Source: Patescibacteria group bacterium (GTDB lineage Bacteria; Patescibacteriota; Patescibacteriia; PEXW01). Taken from it: a stretch of DNA of 64,000 nucleotides. A program made the translations under genes and the position numbers. The notes under the pieces are model-generated. The model was not told the origin of the DNA. It worked only from the letters and a program-made list of their open reading frames with translations, and made no database searches. Below, one piece after another: positions 35,829-45,662 of the stretch. The stretch spans positions 73,206 through 137,205 of the forward strand of contig JBAYJA010000001.1 in the NCBI GenBank assembly GCA_041665345.1, in the 5' to 3' direction. How positions within the stretch are numbered: the stretch's first letter is position 1; each line of letters opens with the position of its first letter.

Positions 35829-36755
35829 ATGACCCCTGTGGAAACCGCCATCCTCCGAACCCTTGCCTACTTCGACATTTTTTCCTACCCGCTGACCAGT
35901 TGGGAGCTGTGGAAGTGGGGGATTGGTGAGTTAGGGAAAGGTTTGGATTTTTCTCAGTTGCAACAAGCTTTCCGAAACAGTCCAATACTTCAATCCAAAA
36001 TTGGTCACCAGCACGGTTTTTTCTTTCTTCAGGGTCATGAGGAAATTATTGCCACGCGCCAAGCGCGGTACCGGTTGGCGTTACTCAAAGCCAAACGTGC
36101 CAGGCGGATTGTCCGCACGCTGGTGCGATTTCCATTCATCCAAGCTGTTGCATTGTGCAACTCCATGGGTTTGGCCAACGCTCGGCCGGAGAGCGACTTG
36201 GATCTTTTCATTCTCTGTAAACCCGGCCATGTGTGGCTGGTGCGCTTTTTCACCACGGCCTACGCGCGGCTCCGAAACATTCGGCCCCAGCCAGAGCATC
36301 GAGAAGATACCGTGTGCCTATCTTTCTTTTTGAGCACGGACCAACTATCGTTGCAGCCATACCTGTTGCCGGACGATCCATACTTTACTATGTGGCTGGC
36401 AACCTTGGTGCCGCTGCATGACCCAGCCGGATACTTCCCCCGGCTCTGGCAGGCAAACCCCTGGTGCGCGGAAAAGCTCCCGCACGCTCAGCCACGCGCG
36501 CTCGCGCCGCAGCGGGCTGTGTCCACCAGTTGGGTGGCCCGCGTGCTGGCGCCCGTCGTAGGTTGGCACTGGGTGGAACGTCTGGTTGCAAAAATCCAAC
36601 GTCGCATTCTCCCTGCACACCTCAAAGCACTGGCAAATCAGGACACGCGGGTGGTGATGAATAACCACATCCTCAAGTTTCATGACAACGACCGACGGGC
36701 GCAGTATGCGCAAGCATACCGCGAGCGCGCTGCCTCGGTTGGTGCGCCACTATGA
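35829..36755 (+). CDS. Nucleotidyltransferase-domain protein with N-terminal wHTH-like region
   Basis: TLAYFDIFSYPLT, CNS...NA..ESDLDLFI, CLSFF, LKFH. Confidence 0.7.
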   Translation: MTPVETAILRTLAYFDIFSYPLTSWELWKWGIGELGKGLDFSQLQQAFRNSPILQSKIGHQHGFFFLQGHEEIIATRQARYRLALLKAKRARRIVRTLVRFPFIQAVALCNSMGLANARPESDLDLFILCKPGHVWLVRFFTTAYARLRNIRPQPEHREDTVCLSFFLSTDQLSLQPYLLPDDPYFTMWLATLVPLHDPAGYFPRLWQANPWCAEKLPHAQPRALAPQRAVSTSWVARVLAPVVGWHWVERLVAKIQRRILPAHLKALANQDTRVVMNNHILKFHDNDRRAQYAQAYRERAASVGAPL

Positions 36756-38128
36756 AACGCCTGGCCGCCATTGTTGGTTGGGGAGTTTGCCTGTACGTTT
36801 TCCTCTTGCCATGGCAAACCCGCTGGATTGCAGTGGCTGGGCAGTTGGGCAGTGGTACGTCTGAATTCCTCAGCGTCAGTGTGTACGCCACCGATCTCCT
36901 GCTTGTTGCGCTCTTTCTCGTCGGCGCGTACATCACTCTCTCCCCACGTTGGGGTGACCGGCGCGTGCTTGCCGGGATTCTGGCCTTTGCTCTGGTGGTG
37001 GTTGGTTCTGCGGTCATGGCGAATCGGACCGAACTGGTGGTCACGAGTTGGCGCCTGCTGCTCATTGGCGTGCTGCTGTACTGGATGGTGCAGCAAGCCT
37101 GGGTGTCACGTCAGCACCTAGTCATCGCCTTTGTGGCTGGCGCCACGCTCCAGGCTGGTTTTGGCCTAGTGCAGTTTTTCTCGCAAATCACCCCGGCACT
37201 AAGTTGGCTCGGGCTGGCCGCACATGACCCAGGGATGTTAGGCACATCCGTGGTGGAAGCCGGGGGCGAGCGGTGGCTGCGGGCGTACGGCAGCTTGCCC
37301 CACCCAAATATTCTTGGGGGTTACCTGGCCGTCGGCTTGCTCATGGCTTTTGGTTTGTACCTGCAGCGGTACCAGCACGTTCGGGAAGGGTTTCAATTGT
37401 GGAAGCGAGAGAATATTCACCGCTACCTGGAAGGGAAACGTTGGTACTGGAAGCAGGCGCTGCATATTCTCATCCTTTTACTGGCCTCCACCATCCTCGT
37501 ACTAGGGTTACTGCTGACGTTCTCACGCTCAGCTTGGATTGGCTTTGCCGTCGCCTGGGTACTCACCCTTGGCATTCTGCACCAGCTTCGGTGGCCCTGG
37601 GGACAGTGGCTGTGGTTCAAGTGGTCCGTGGTCATGGGCTGCATTGCCGTAGTTCTCATTACTGTCCTCCCACAGCCTTTCCTCACCCGCGCTACAGGCG
37701 AAGGTCGGCTGGAAGCACAGTCCGTGGATGTTCGGGAACAACTTATCACTGACGCACGAACCCTTCTCGCAAAACATCCGTTGCGTGGCGTTGGGTATGG
37801 CAATGCCGTGGCCGCTACGTACGACCAAATCAACCGTACTCGGGCAGTGACCGCCTACCAGCCAGTGCACAATATGTACCTGCTCAGTTTAGTTGAGCTC
37901 GGCACCATTGGCGGCCTGGTCTTCTTCGCGCTCATTGTCCTCATTGGCCGAGCCGGGGTGGAGACACTGGTTCGGGGTCGGTCAGCTTTTGCGCTTATGA
38001 GTCTCAGCGCATTTGTCTGCCTGCTCATCGTTGGTTTATTCGACCACTATCTCTGGACATTATCAGCGGGGGTAGGGCTCTGGTGGCTGGTGGCGGGGTT
38101 GGTGGGGAGGGGAGAAAGAGAGCAATAA
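36752..38128 (+). CDS. O-antigen ligase (Wzy_C) family membrane protein
   Basis: RAYGSLPHPNILGGYL, LTFSRSAW, GVGYGN, PVHNMYLL, FDHY. Confidence 0.9.
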   Translation: MKRLAAIVGWGVCLYVFLLPWQTRWIAVAGQLGSGTSEFLSVSVYATDLLLVALFLVGAYITLSPRWGDRRVLAGILAFALVVVGSAVMANRTELVVTSWRLLLIGVLLYWMVQQAWVSRQHLVIAFVAGATLQAGFGLVQFFSQITPALSWLGLAAHDPGMLGTSVVEAGGERWLRAYGSLPHPNILGGYLAVGLLMAFGLYLQRYQHVREGFQLWKRENIHRYLEGKRWYWKQALHILILLLASTILVLGLLLTFSRSAWIGFAVAWVLTLGILHQLRWPWGQWLWFKWSVVMGCIAVVLITVLPQPFLTRATGEGRLEAQSVDVREQLITDARTLLAKHPLRGVGYGNAVAATYDQINRTRAVTAYQPVHNMYLLSLVELGTIGGLVFFALIVLIGRAGVETLVRGRSAFALMSLSAFVCLLIVGLFDHYLWTLSAGVGLWWLVAGLVGRGEREQ

Positions 38129-38282
38129 AGCTATAGAGTGGTAGAGCTATAGAGATCCTGGAAGCCTGCAACTAGCTATTATTGCGAGAAACGAATCCTT
38201 GAGTGACGTGGCCTGTCTGCCGACGAGGCAGGCAATCTTGCTGTAATACGGAATCAAGTTGACGGTCTGTGCTCTTTTTTTC

Positions 38283-38387
38283 TGTCATCCTGAATTATAT
38301 GACCTGTCCGCCGAAGCAGCAGCGTAGGTGGAATGATCCCCAGACGATGTATCAACTTCGGAGATTCTTCGAAGACTCAGAATGACA
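38283..38387. repeat. REP-like palindrome TGTCATCCTGA...CTCAGAATGACA
   Basis: Right arm 25/27 identical to 7039..7065. Confidence 0.75.
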
Positions 38388-38434
38388 GAGGGAGGGGCGA
38401 GGAGTAGCGGGGAGGCACAGCAATGCATGCTTGA

Positions 38435-38689
38435 TTACTCAGGGAGTTTTTTCATCTCCTGCACTCGTTTATGAATTTGGTAAATTTTCCACCACCGATG
38501 CAAGGCAATTCCTGACCAGAAAATTTCCACTGACCCCAGGAGCCAAGCCTGCGTCAGGAGGCCGTAGATGCCACTGGCCAGGCACGCGGCAGCAAAACCC
38601 AACACCCAGTTGGGATGTCTGCGTTCCATGGCGTAGGTGAAGAGCATGGTCAGCACGGCGACAATGCCGAAAGCGGTGAGGAGATCCAT
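38435..38689 (-). CDS. Small membrane protein
   Basis: 84 aa, three hydrophobic segments, YG..TQAW..G.VE.FW. Confidence 0.75.
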   Translation of the reverse strand: MDLLTAFGIVAVLTMLFTYAMERRHPNWVLGFAAACLASGIYGLLTQAWLLGSVEIFWSGIALHRWWKIYQIHKRVQEMKKLPE

Positions 38690-38738
38690 GCACCAAGTAT
38701 CATGGGTTTTTCACACATAGGCAAGCTGGGGCTGGCTC

Positions 38739-38766
38739 TTGACACCCCGTTTTTCCCTGCTACAAT
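38739..38766 (+). promoter_or_regulatory. groESL promoter TTGACA-16-TACAAT
   Basis: Direct match upstream of CIRCE. Confidence 0.75.
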
Positions 38767-38781
38767 CAGGAGTACAGCGGT

Positions 38782-38808
38782 TTAGCACTCTCATGGTCGA
38801 AGTGCTAA
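38782..38808 (+). promoter_or_regulatory. CIRCE operator (HrcA site)
   Basis: TTAGCACTC-N9-AAGTGCTAA, one mismatch to consensus, upstream of groES. Confidence 0.9.
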
Positions 38809-38813
38809 AACTG

Positions 38814-38935
38814 GTTACGAAATACGAAATTTCGTACGAAAATACGAATTACGAACCCATTTACCAGCTAGTTGCAAGAGTAGTTGAAACCGTTCGTATT
38901 TCGTACTTTCGTAGCATTTCATTCGTAATTCGTAA
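38814..38935. repeat. Inverted pair of TACGAA x5 / TTCGTA x5 arrays in the groES leader
   Basis: TACGAA at 38816, 38823, 38835, 38843, 38850; TTCGTA at 38893, 38900, 38908, 38922, 38929. Confidence 0.85.
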
Positions 38936-38940
38936 TACTT

Positions 38941-39219
38941 ATGCAGCTCAAACCCCTGGGCGACAGAATTGTGGTGAAGCCCGCCACGCAGGAAGAAGTG
39001 ACCAAGTCCGGTATCGTGCTCCCAGACACCGTGGATAAGGAGAAGAAGGAGCAAGGTGAAATTATCGCCATTGGCTCCGGTGAAAAGATTGCCAAGCTCA
39101 ACCTCAAGGTTGGCGACATTGTGCTTTTTGGCAAGTACTCTGGCGATGAAGTAGATGTGGAAGACACAGAGTACAAAATCCTCAAGGACGAAGACGTCCT
39201 GGCAATTCTCCTCAAGTAA
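38941..39219 (+). CDS. groES: Co-chaperonin GroES
   Basis: LKPLGDRIVV, TKSGIVLPDT, KVGDIVLF.KYSG. Confidence 0.98.
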   Translation: MQLKPLGDRIVVKPATQEEVTKSGIVLPDTVDKEKKEQGEIIAIGSGEKIAKLNLKVGDIVLFGKYSGDEVDVEDTEYKILKDEDVLAILLK

Positions 39220-40890
<1,671 letters not shown>

Positions 40891-40950
40891 AAGAGAGCCG
40901 TAAAGCCTTAAAGCCGTAGAGCTGTAAGACTTTGATAAAAAAATTCCCCA

Positions 40951-40978
40951 AGCGCACCTTCTCCAAGGTGCGCTTTTG
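40951..40978 (+). terminator. groEL terminator
   Basis: AGCGCACCTT-ctcc-AAGGTGCGCT-TTT. Confidence 0.8.
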
Positions 40979-41236
40979 GGTATGTTTGACTTTGAGAAAG
41001 AAAGTTTTATACTTGAACCGAAGGAGAGGATATGAAAAAAATTGATCCGTTTCTTGAGTTTGCCGATCCAGATTAGGATTCAGTTGCACGGTAAGGCTTT
41101 CACCGGAGGGGACGTGGGCTAGCTATCAGCCTACGCATCACGGGCGATCCATTGTGGATCGCCCACTTTTTTTGACACTGGCGGGGGAAGAGCATAAGCT
41201 AGGAGCAAGAGAAAACCGTGCAACCAAGGAGGAAAA

Positions 41237-41461
41237 ATGGCCTGGCATGTTGATTCAGAGGTACAACAGGCACTCGTGAAGTTGAATGATGCGCTGTGCA
41301 CCTTTGAGCGAAATACTTGCAGGAGGTATACGTTGGTGCTCATTCCCCATGCAGCAGATGAGCTGTGCCATGTATCACTCAGCGGGAAACCGATTTCTGA
41401 GGATTCCCAGCTCAAACCAGACGAGGCAGTTGCTATTGCCATAGCAGAGCGTGGGCACTAA
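41237..41461 (+). CDS. Hypothetical protein (inserted unit)
   Basis: 74 aa; TTGACA-17-TAAGCT at 41172..41200, AAGGAGG SD, terminator. Confidence 0.7.
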   Translation: MAWHVDSEVQQALVKLNDALCTFERNTCRRYTLVLIPHAADELCHVSLSGKPISEDSQLKPDEAVAIAIAERGH

Positions 41462-41483
41462 GTCAGCCAAAATACTAGTTTTT

Positions 41484-41552
41484 TCCAGGTCAGCAATGGC
41501 CTGGATTTTTTTGGCAAAATGAAAACCGCACCGATGGAAATCCATGGTGCGG
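41484..41552. terminator. Convergent terminator pair homologous to 15453..15524
   Basis: TCCAGGTCA-gcaa-TGGCCTGGA-T7, then GAAAACCGCAC...GGTGCGG. Confidence 0.7.
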
Positions 41553-41573
41553 GAAAATGCGTGTGAATGTACT

Positions 41574-42083
41574 TTACTTTTTGGAAGCTTTGCAGGCTTC
41601 CAAGGCCACTTTCAGACCAGGCAACTGCTCATGAATGAACGGCTGCGGCAGGTCATCAACATTGTAGAATGTGCCTTCATATGGCACCGATTCATCCAGC
41701 ACACCCAGGTGGATGTTCTGCTGAATCTTCCCACGGTTGCCGAAGTCAGTGAAGAGCTCACCGACCATAACAGGCTTGCCGATCAATGCCCCTTTGATTT
41801 CTGTCCTAATGATGCGGGCGATCGCATCATCAATTGATGTATCGGTTTCCCGATACGTCGTGCCTGGGTAGTGCCAGGCAGACGGCCAATCCGGGTCACT
41901 GTCTGGGCGTTGGCTCAGGAGCACCTCAATGCTCTCGCCGTTTTCTCTCAGCACTATCAGCTCATAGGCTGGGCTGGGCATCTTGTTACTCAACGCCCGA
42001 AAAACCAGATACGGTTTTGGGCTGGGCATGCGGTTCAGTAGTTCGATAATCAACCGACTATCGTCTTCTGTCCATTCGAACAT
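41574..42083 (-). CDS. Degenerate NUDIX-fold protein
   Basis: EVLLSQR..DP.WP.AWHYPGT.Y.ETD...AI.RI...EI; AGGAGG SD. Confidence 0.65.
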   Translation of the reverse strand: MFEWTEDDSRLIIELLNRMPSPKPYLVFRALSNKMPSPAYELIVLRENGESIEVLLSQRPDSDPDWPSAWHYPGTTYRETDTSIDDAIARIIRTEIKGALIGKPVMVGELFTDFGNRGKIQQNIHLGVLDESVPYEGTFYNVDDLPQPFIHEQLPGLKVALEACKASKK

Positions 42084-42409
42084 CGTACCTCCTAAGGTTT
42101 GGATTCAAGTTGTAAAGGTTTTACTGCATATTGACTGCACAGTATTGCATAGGACAAGCGTTCTGTCAAGGGTTTGTACTGTGAACACCTAGAGGAGGGA
42201 GCCTAGCTAATCAAATAACGTTTGCATGAAAATGGGTCTTTGGTCATACTCTGGATAGAAATAAACGTTGACCAGACCTCTGTTTCGATGCCACGAGGGC
42301 GTAAAACTGCCGCAAGGCGGTTACCACGACAGGCGATCCATTCTGGGTCGCCTGATTTTTTGCAAAAAAATCCCCGCTACAATTTGCAGCGGGGTAGATT
42401 TTACGTTTT

Positions 42410-42955
42410 CTACGTTGACGGAGCGTCACTTGCACGCTCTTTTTGTTGAGAGTTTTGGTTGTCCTCAAATAATTCTTCGATCATTGGGAACCGATCCCGT
42501 TGGTCGTAGTAGTCCTTGAGATTGTACATGACCTTTTGATCGATCGCACTGAGCGGCAGGCTGTGGGGGCAGTCTTTGCTTAAAAAAGTGATTCCAATCC
42601 GAGTGGTCAATGACATAGCAAAGTTTTCAGGTGCAACGATGTGCAGAGGCACATTCGCCTGATGGCACCAGGCACATTTGGAAATAATAAATGGATGGTG
42701 CCGCTGTATGCGCAAAGTCATACTTTCATGTAGAACGTTGCCATACCCCAGCCGTACGAGGCAATCATGAATTGCCACCCAAGTTTTTTCGAAAGCGTCT
42801 TGCAACGCGTGGAAGTGCTTACGCACAGCATCGTCTGAGAGCTTACCTTCCTCATAAAAAGCTGCTACTCGAACCGTGTCCTTCTGCGCCAGTGCTTGCG
42901 GATTGTCAAGCACCGACAGAATTTCCTCGAGTTCAATACTCTGCACATCTTCCAT
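42410..42955 (-). CDS. Hypothetical protein with CxxC
   Basis: CAWC, CPH; GAAAGGA SD and TTGACA promoter near 43022. Confidence 0.6.
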   Translation of the reverse strand: MEDVQSIELEEILSVLDNPQALAQKDTVRVAAFYEEGKLSDDAVRKHFHALQDAFEKTWVAIHDCLVRLGYGNVLHESMTLRIQRHHPFIISKCAWCHQANVPLHIVAPENFAMSLTTRIGITFLSKDCPHSLPLSAIDQKVMYNLKDYYDQRDRFPMIEELFEDNQNSQQKERASDAPST

Positions 42956-43049
42956 GTATTTCCTTTCGTTTGTAATGTTCTGTTTATTCAAGGCACAGTA
43001 CCATACATCGCGGCTTTGTCAAGCTTCTGGCAGGTGTATACTAATGCAT

Positions 43050-43352
43050 ATGGATCCGCTTACCGAGAAAACGCAGAATACTGGCTTCAATCGGTCGGAC
43101 TACCTCCTTGCCGCGCTGGGCTACGTCTGGTTCGTCTGCGTACTCATCTGGCTCTGGAAAAAGGACGATGCATTTATCAGCCAGCACGCGAAAAATGGTA
43201 CGGCGCTTTTCGTGCTTTCCATTCTCTGGTTCATTCCCGGAGTTGGGTTCATTGTTTTGCTCTTTGAGCTGTACGGATTCTTTGTGGCCTTTGTGGGGAA
43301 GCCGTGGAAAATGCCGCTCATTGGCGATTGGTTGGAGAAGTTCAAGCTGTAA
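43050..43352 (+). CDS. DUF4870-like membrane protein
   Basis: LAALGY, FI..HAKNG..LF, G..WKMPLIG. Confidence 0.75.
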   Translation: MDPLTEKTQNTGFNRSDYLLAALGYVWFVCVLIWLWKKDDAFISQHAKNGTALFVLSILWFIPGVGFIVLLFELYGFFVAFVGKPWKMPLIGDWLEKFKL

Positions 43353-43509
43353 TTTCCATAGATTCATTCGTTCGTACGAAACTTGACACTATGCCGTTCA
43401 TTGTCTAAGCTGTTTTGTCATGCGTTCTATTGTATGACGTAGTGCATGATCATTGAAATTTAAATAATTTAAGAGCCGAACATAGTTTAACAACCGAAGG
43501 AGGACAAAC

Positions 43510-45543
43510 ATGTCATTACGGCAACCGAGTGTTGGTACCTATCCAAAGGCATTAAGTTTTTGGAACGAAGGCACTGACCAAGTGACCATCATTAACCCTG
43601 AAGACTTCCCACGGGAAGCAATTTTGAAGGGGTTAGACCTGAGGAACCATCCCTTAGCCAAGGGCTTTGGAAACTGCGATGAGACCGAAGCCTATGAACG
43701 TATTGAGGTAATGCGTTTCTTAGGTGAGCACCCTGGGGTGCGCAAAGCAATCATTCAGCTCGCCAACACGTACAGCGTGCCGACGAGCCAAGAAAGATTC
43801 CAGACGTACTACGATCCCGCTCAGCCGGCAACCCCATTCTGGGCAGCCGTGCATACCCTGTGTGATGAGCTTGGTCCTACGGCTGCGCTACCCAAGCGCT
43901 TGCGGATTTTTGCCGGGACAATCCAGAGTTTTTTGGGTCTGGAAGCGGATGAACGTTTGATGGCCACCGCCGTCGCGGAAATTCTTGATTCTACGGCGGT
44001 TCTTGAAGGACTATTGGAGTTCGAAGTTTCGATTGACTCTGAGGAACGCTTCAGATCCTTTATGAAAGTGGGAAAGCCAAATTCCTTTGATGCTGTGGCA
44101 GCCGCATCGACCATCAGCTGCAAGCACTACGCAACGAAAGTGTTCCATGGTCATCGGACATTCAGCTTTGCGCTTTCGGAAGCCCGCATGAAGAAGTATC
44201 CGAAGTGGTTTGAGCAAAAGTGGAATCCCTGGCGATGGATTGCGCGGGGCATTCGGCAAGCCTGGATTGACTGGTCGAACAAACGCCAGGAAGTCAAGGC
44301 GAGTCGCCCCATGGTGATTACGCAGAGCAAAGAGGTTCTGGAAGATCTGGTGGAGGCTCTGCCCCGTATTCTCGCGAATAATGAGAAGCTTTATCGTAGT
44401 CTGCATTCGGGCACCATTCTCACGGTGTACTTTACCTACGGAAAGTACCAGGATGATTCCGATGGTCTGCAAATCCGTATTACAGACGCGCGAATGAAGA
44501 AGGAGCAAACAAACCCGAAAGAGTTTTTTTTCGAATTTGTAACCTTTGCTGGCTATTCTCGTGAGCGACTGAAGCTCATCGACCAAGCACGTCGGGAAAC
44601 TAGGGAAGCGATTCAACGCGTGCAAACGTCAGCCGCGGATGCATCACTGCGGAGTGAGCTTATTCAAGCAGATCCAATCTTCTTCACGACCAGCCTGCGT
44701 GTTCCATCGCCGAAAACCGATCTGGAGCATAGATGGAAGTCGGTGGGGAATTTGTACCAAACCAGAGATTTAGCCCCGACGTACAACGCGATGGTTGAGC
44801 TGCAGGTTTTCTGCCATTCCCACGCAAACATTCTCGGTCACATGTGCGACATTCTTTCCCGGTACACCAAACGAGCGAAAGAATTACATGCCACGGTCTC
44901 GTTCCCCGAGATCGTTATCAATGGCCATGAGAATGTTGTGGAGTTTGAGGAACTCTATCCGTTGCACCTTGGTGGCGCCCTCAAAGGCAACGTGGTACCA
45001 ATTAACGGCTTACCACCGGTAAATGGCACAATGATTGGTCTTACGGGCACGCATGGTGGTGGTAAGACCGTCACCGAGCATACCCTGGTGGCGAATATCT
45101 ACCTGGCCATGAGTGGCTTACCCATCCTGGGTCAGCGATTCCGATTGAATTGTAAGACTCACCTGGGGATGGTTTTCATTGAAGGAGTTAGTGGTCAGTC
45201 GGTCTGTCAGCTGCTCATCGATAAAACTGCCAGCGTGTTTAAAGCCATCGACAAGATCCCGGGTCGCAACGTGATCCTGGTCCTCGACGAACTTGGCTCG
45301 GCGACTCAGGAAAAAGATGGATCCCGGGTGGCCCTCCTCGTCCTGAAGGCGTTGTACGAACGCCAGGTTAGCCTCCTCTTTAGTACACAGATTATGGATG
45401 TGGCAGTTGCCGCCGAGAAAGAATTTGGCGCCAAGTGCTTCAAGGTGGATCGCAACCACCGTCTTGTTCCCGGTATTGGGAGTGGTGAGATTGACCAGTT
45501 GGTTCGTGACTCTGGCTTGGCCAAGTATCTGGTAAATAATTAG
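43510..45543 (+). CDS. MutS-related ABC ATPase (MutS domain V at C-terminus)
   Basis: FEELYP, GLTGTHGGGKT, LAMSGLP, LVLDELGSAT, FSTQ; own promoter 43383..43411, AAGGAGG SD, terminator. Confidence 0.75.
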   Translation: MSLRQPSVGTYPKALSFWNEGTDQVTIINPEDFPREAILKGLDLRNHPLAKGFGNCDETEAYERIEVMRFLGEHPGVRKAIIQLANTYSVPTSQERFQTYYDPAQPATPFWAAVHTLCDELGPTAALPKRLRIFAGTIQSFLGLEADERLMATAVAEILDSTAVLEGLLEFEVSIDSEERFRSFMKVGKPNSFDAVAAASTISCKHYATKVFHGHRTFSFALSEARMKKYPKWFEQKWNPWRWIARGIRQAWIDWSNKRQEVKASRPMVITQSKEVLEDLVEALPRILANNEKLYRSLHSGTILTVYFTYGKYQDDSDGLQIRITDARMKKEQTNPKEFFFEFVTFAGYSRERLKLIDQARRETREAIQRVQTSAADASLRSELIQADPIFFTTSLRVPSPKTDLEHRWKSVGNLYQTRDLAPTYNAMVELQVFCHSHANILGHMCDILSRYTKRAKELHATVSFPEIVINGHENVVEFEELYPLHLGGALKGNVVPINGLPPVNGTMIGLTGTHGGGKTVTEHTLVANIYLAMSGLPILGQRFRLNCKTHLGMVFIEGVSGQSVCQLLIDKTASVFKAIDKIPGRNVILVLDELGSATQEKDGSRVALLVLKALYERQVSLLFSTQIMDVAVAAEKEFGAKCFKVDRNHRLVPGIGSGEIDQLVRDSGLAKYLVNN

Positions 45544-45662
45544 TTGCACTTTTCAGCACCGCTTCTCCATAGAGGCGGTGTTTTTTTCATTAGGCAGATG
45601 GTAATTTTTTTGCTACACTACGATTACTATTTCGCTCTCGTTTCCGTAAAAATACACCTTTT

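Noticed and set aside
2038-38935. TACGAA arrays as a CRISPR array
   Set aside because: Units are 6-8 bp with no unique spacers of 25-45 bp, and no cas genes are present.
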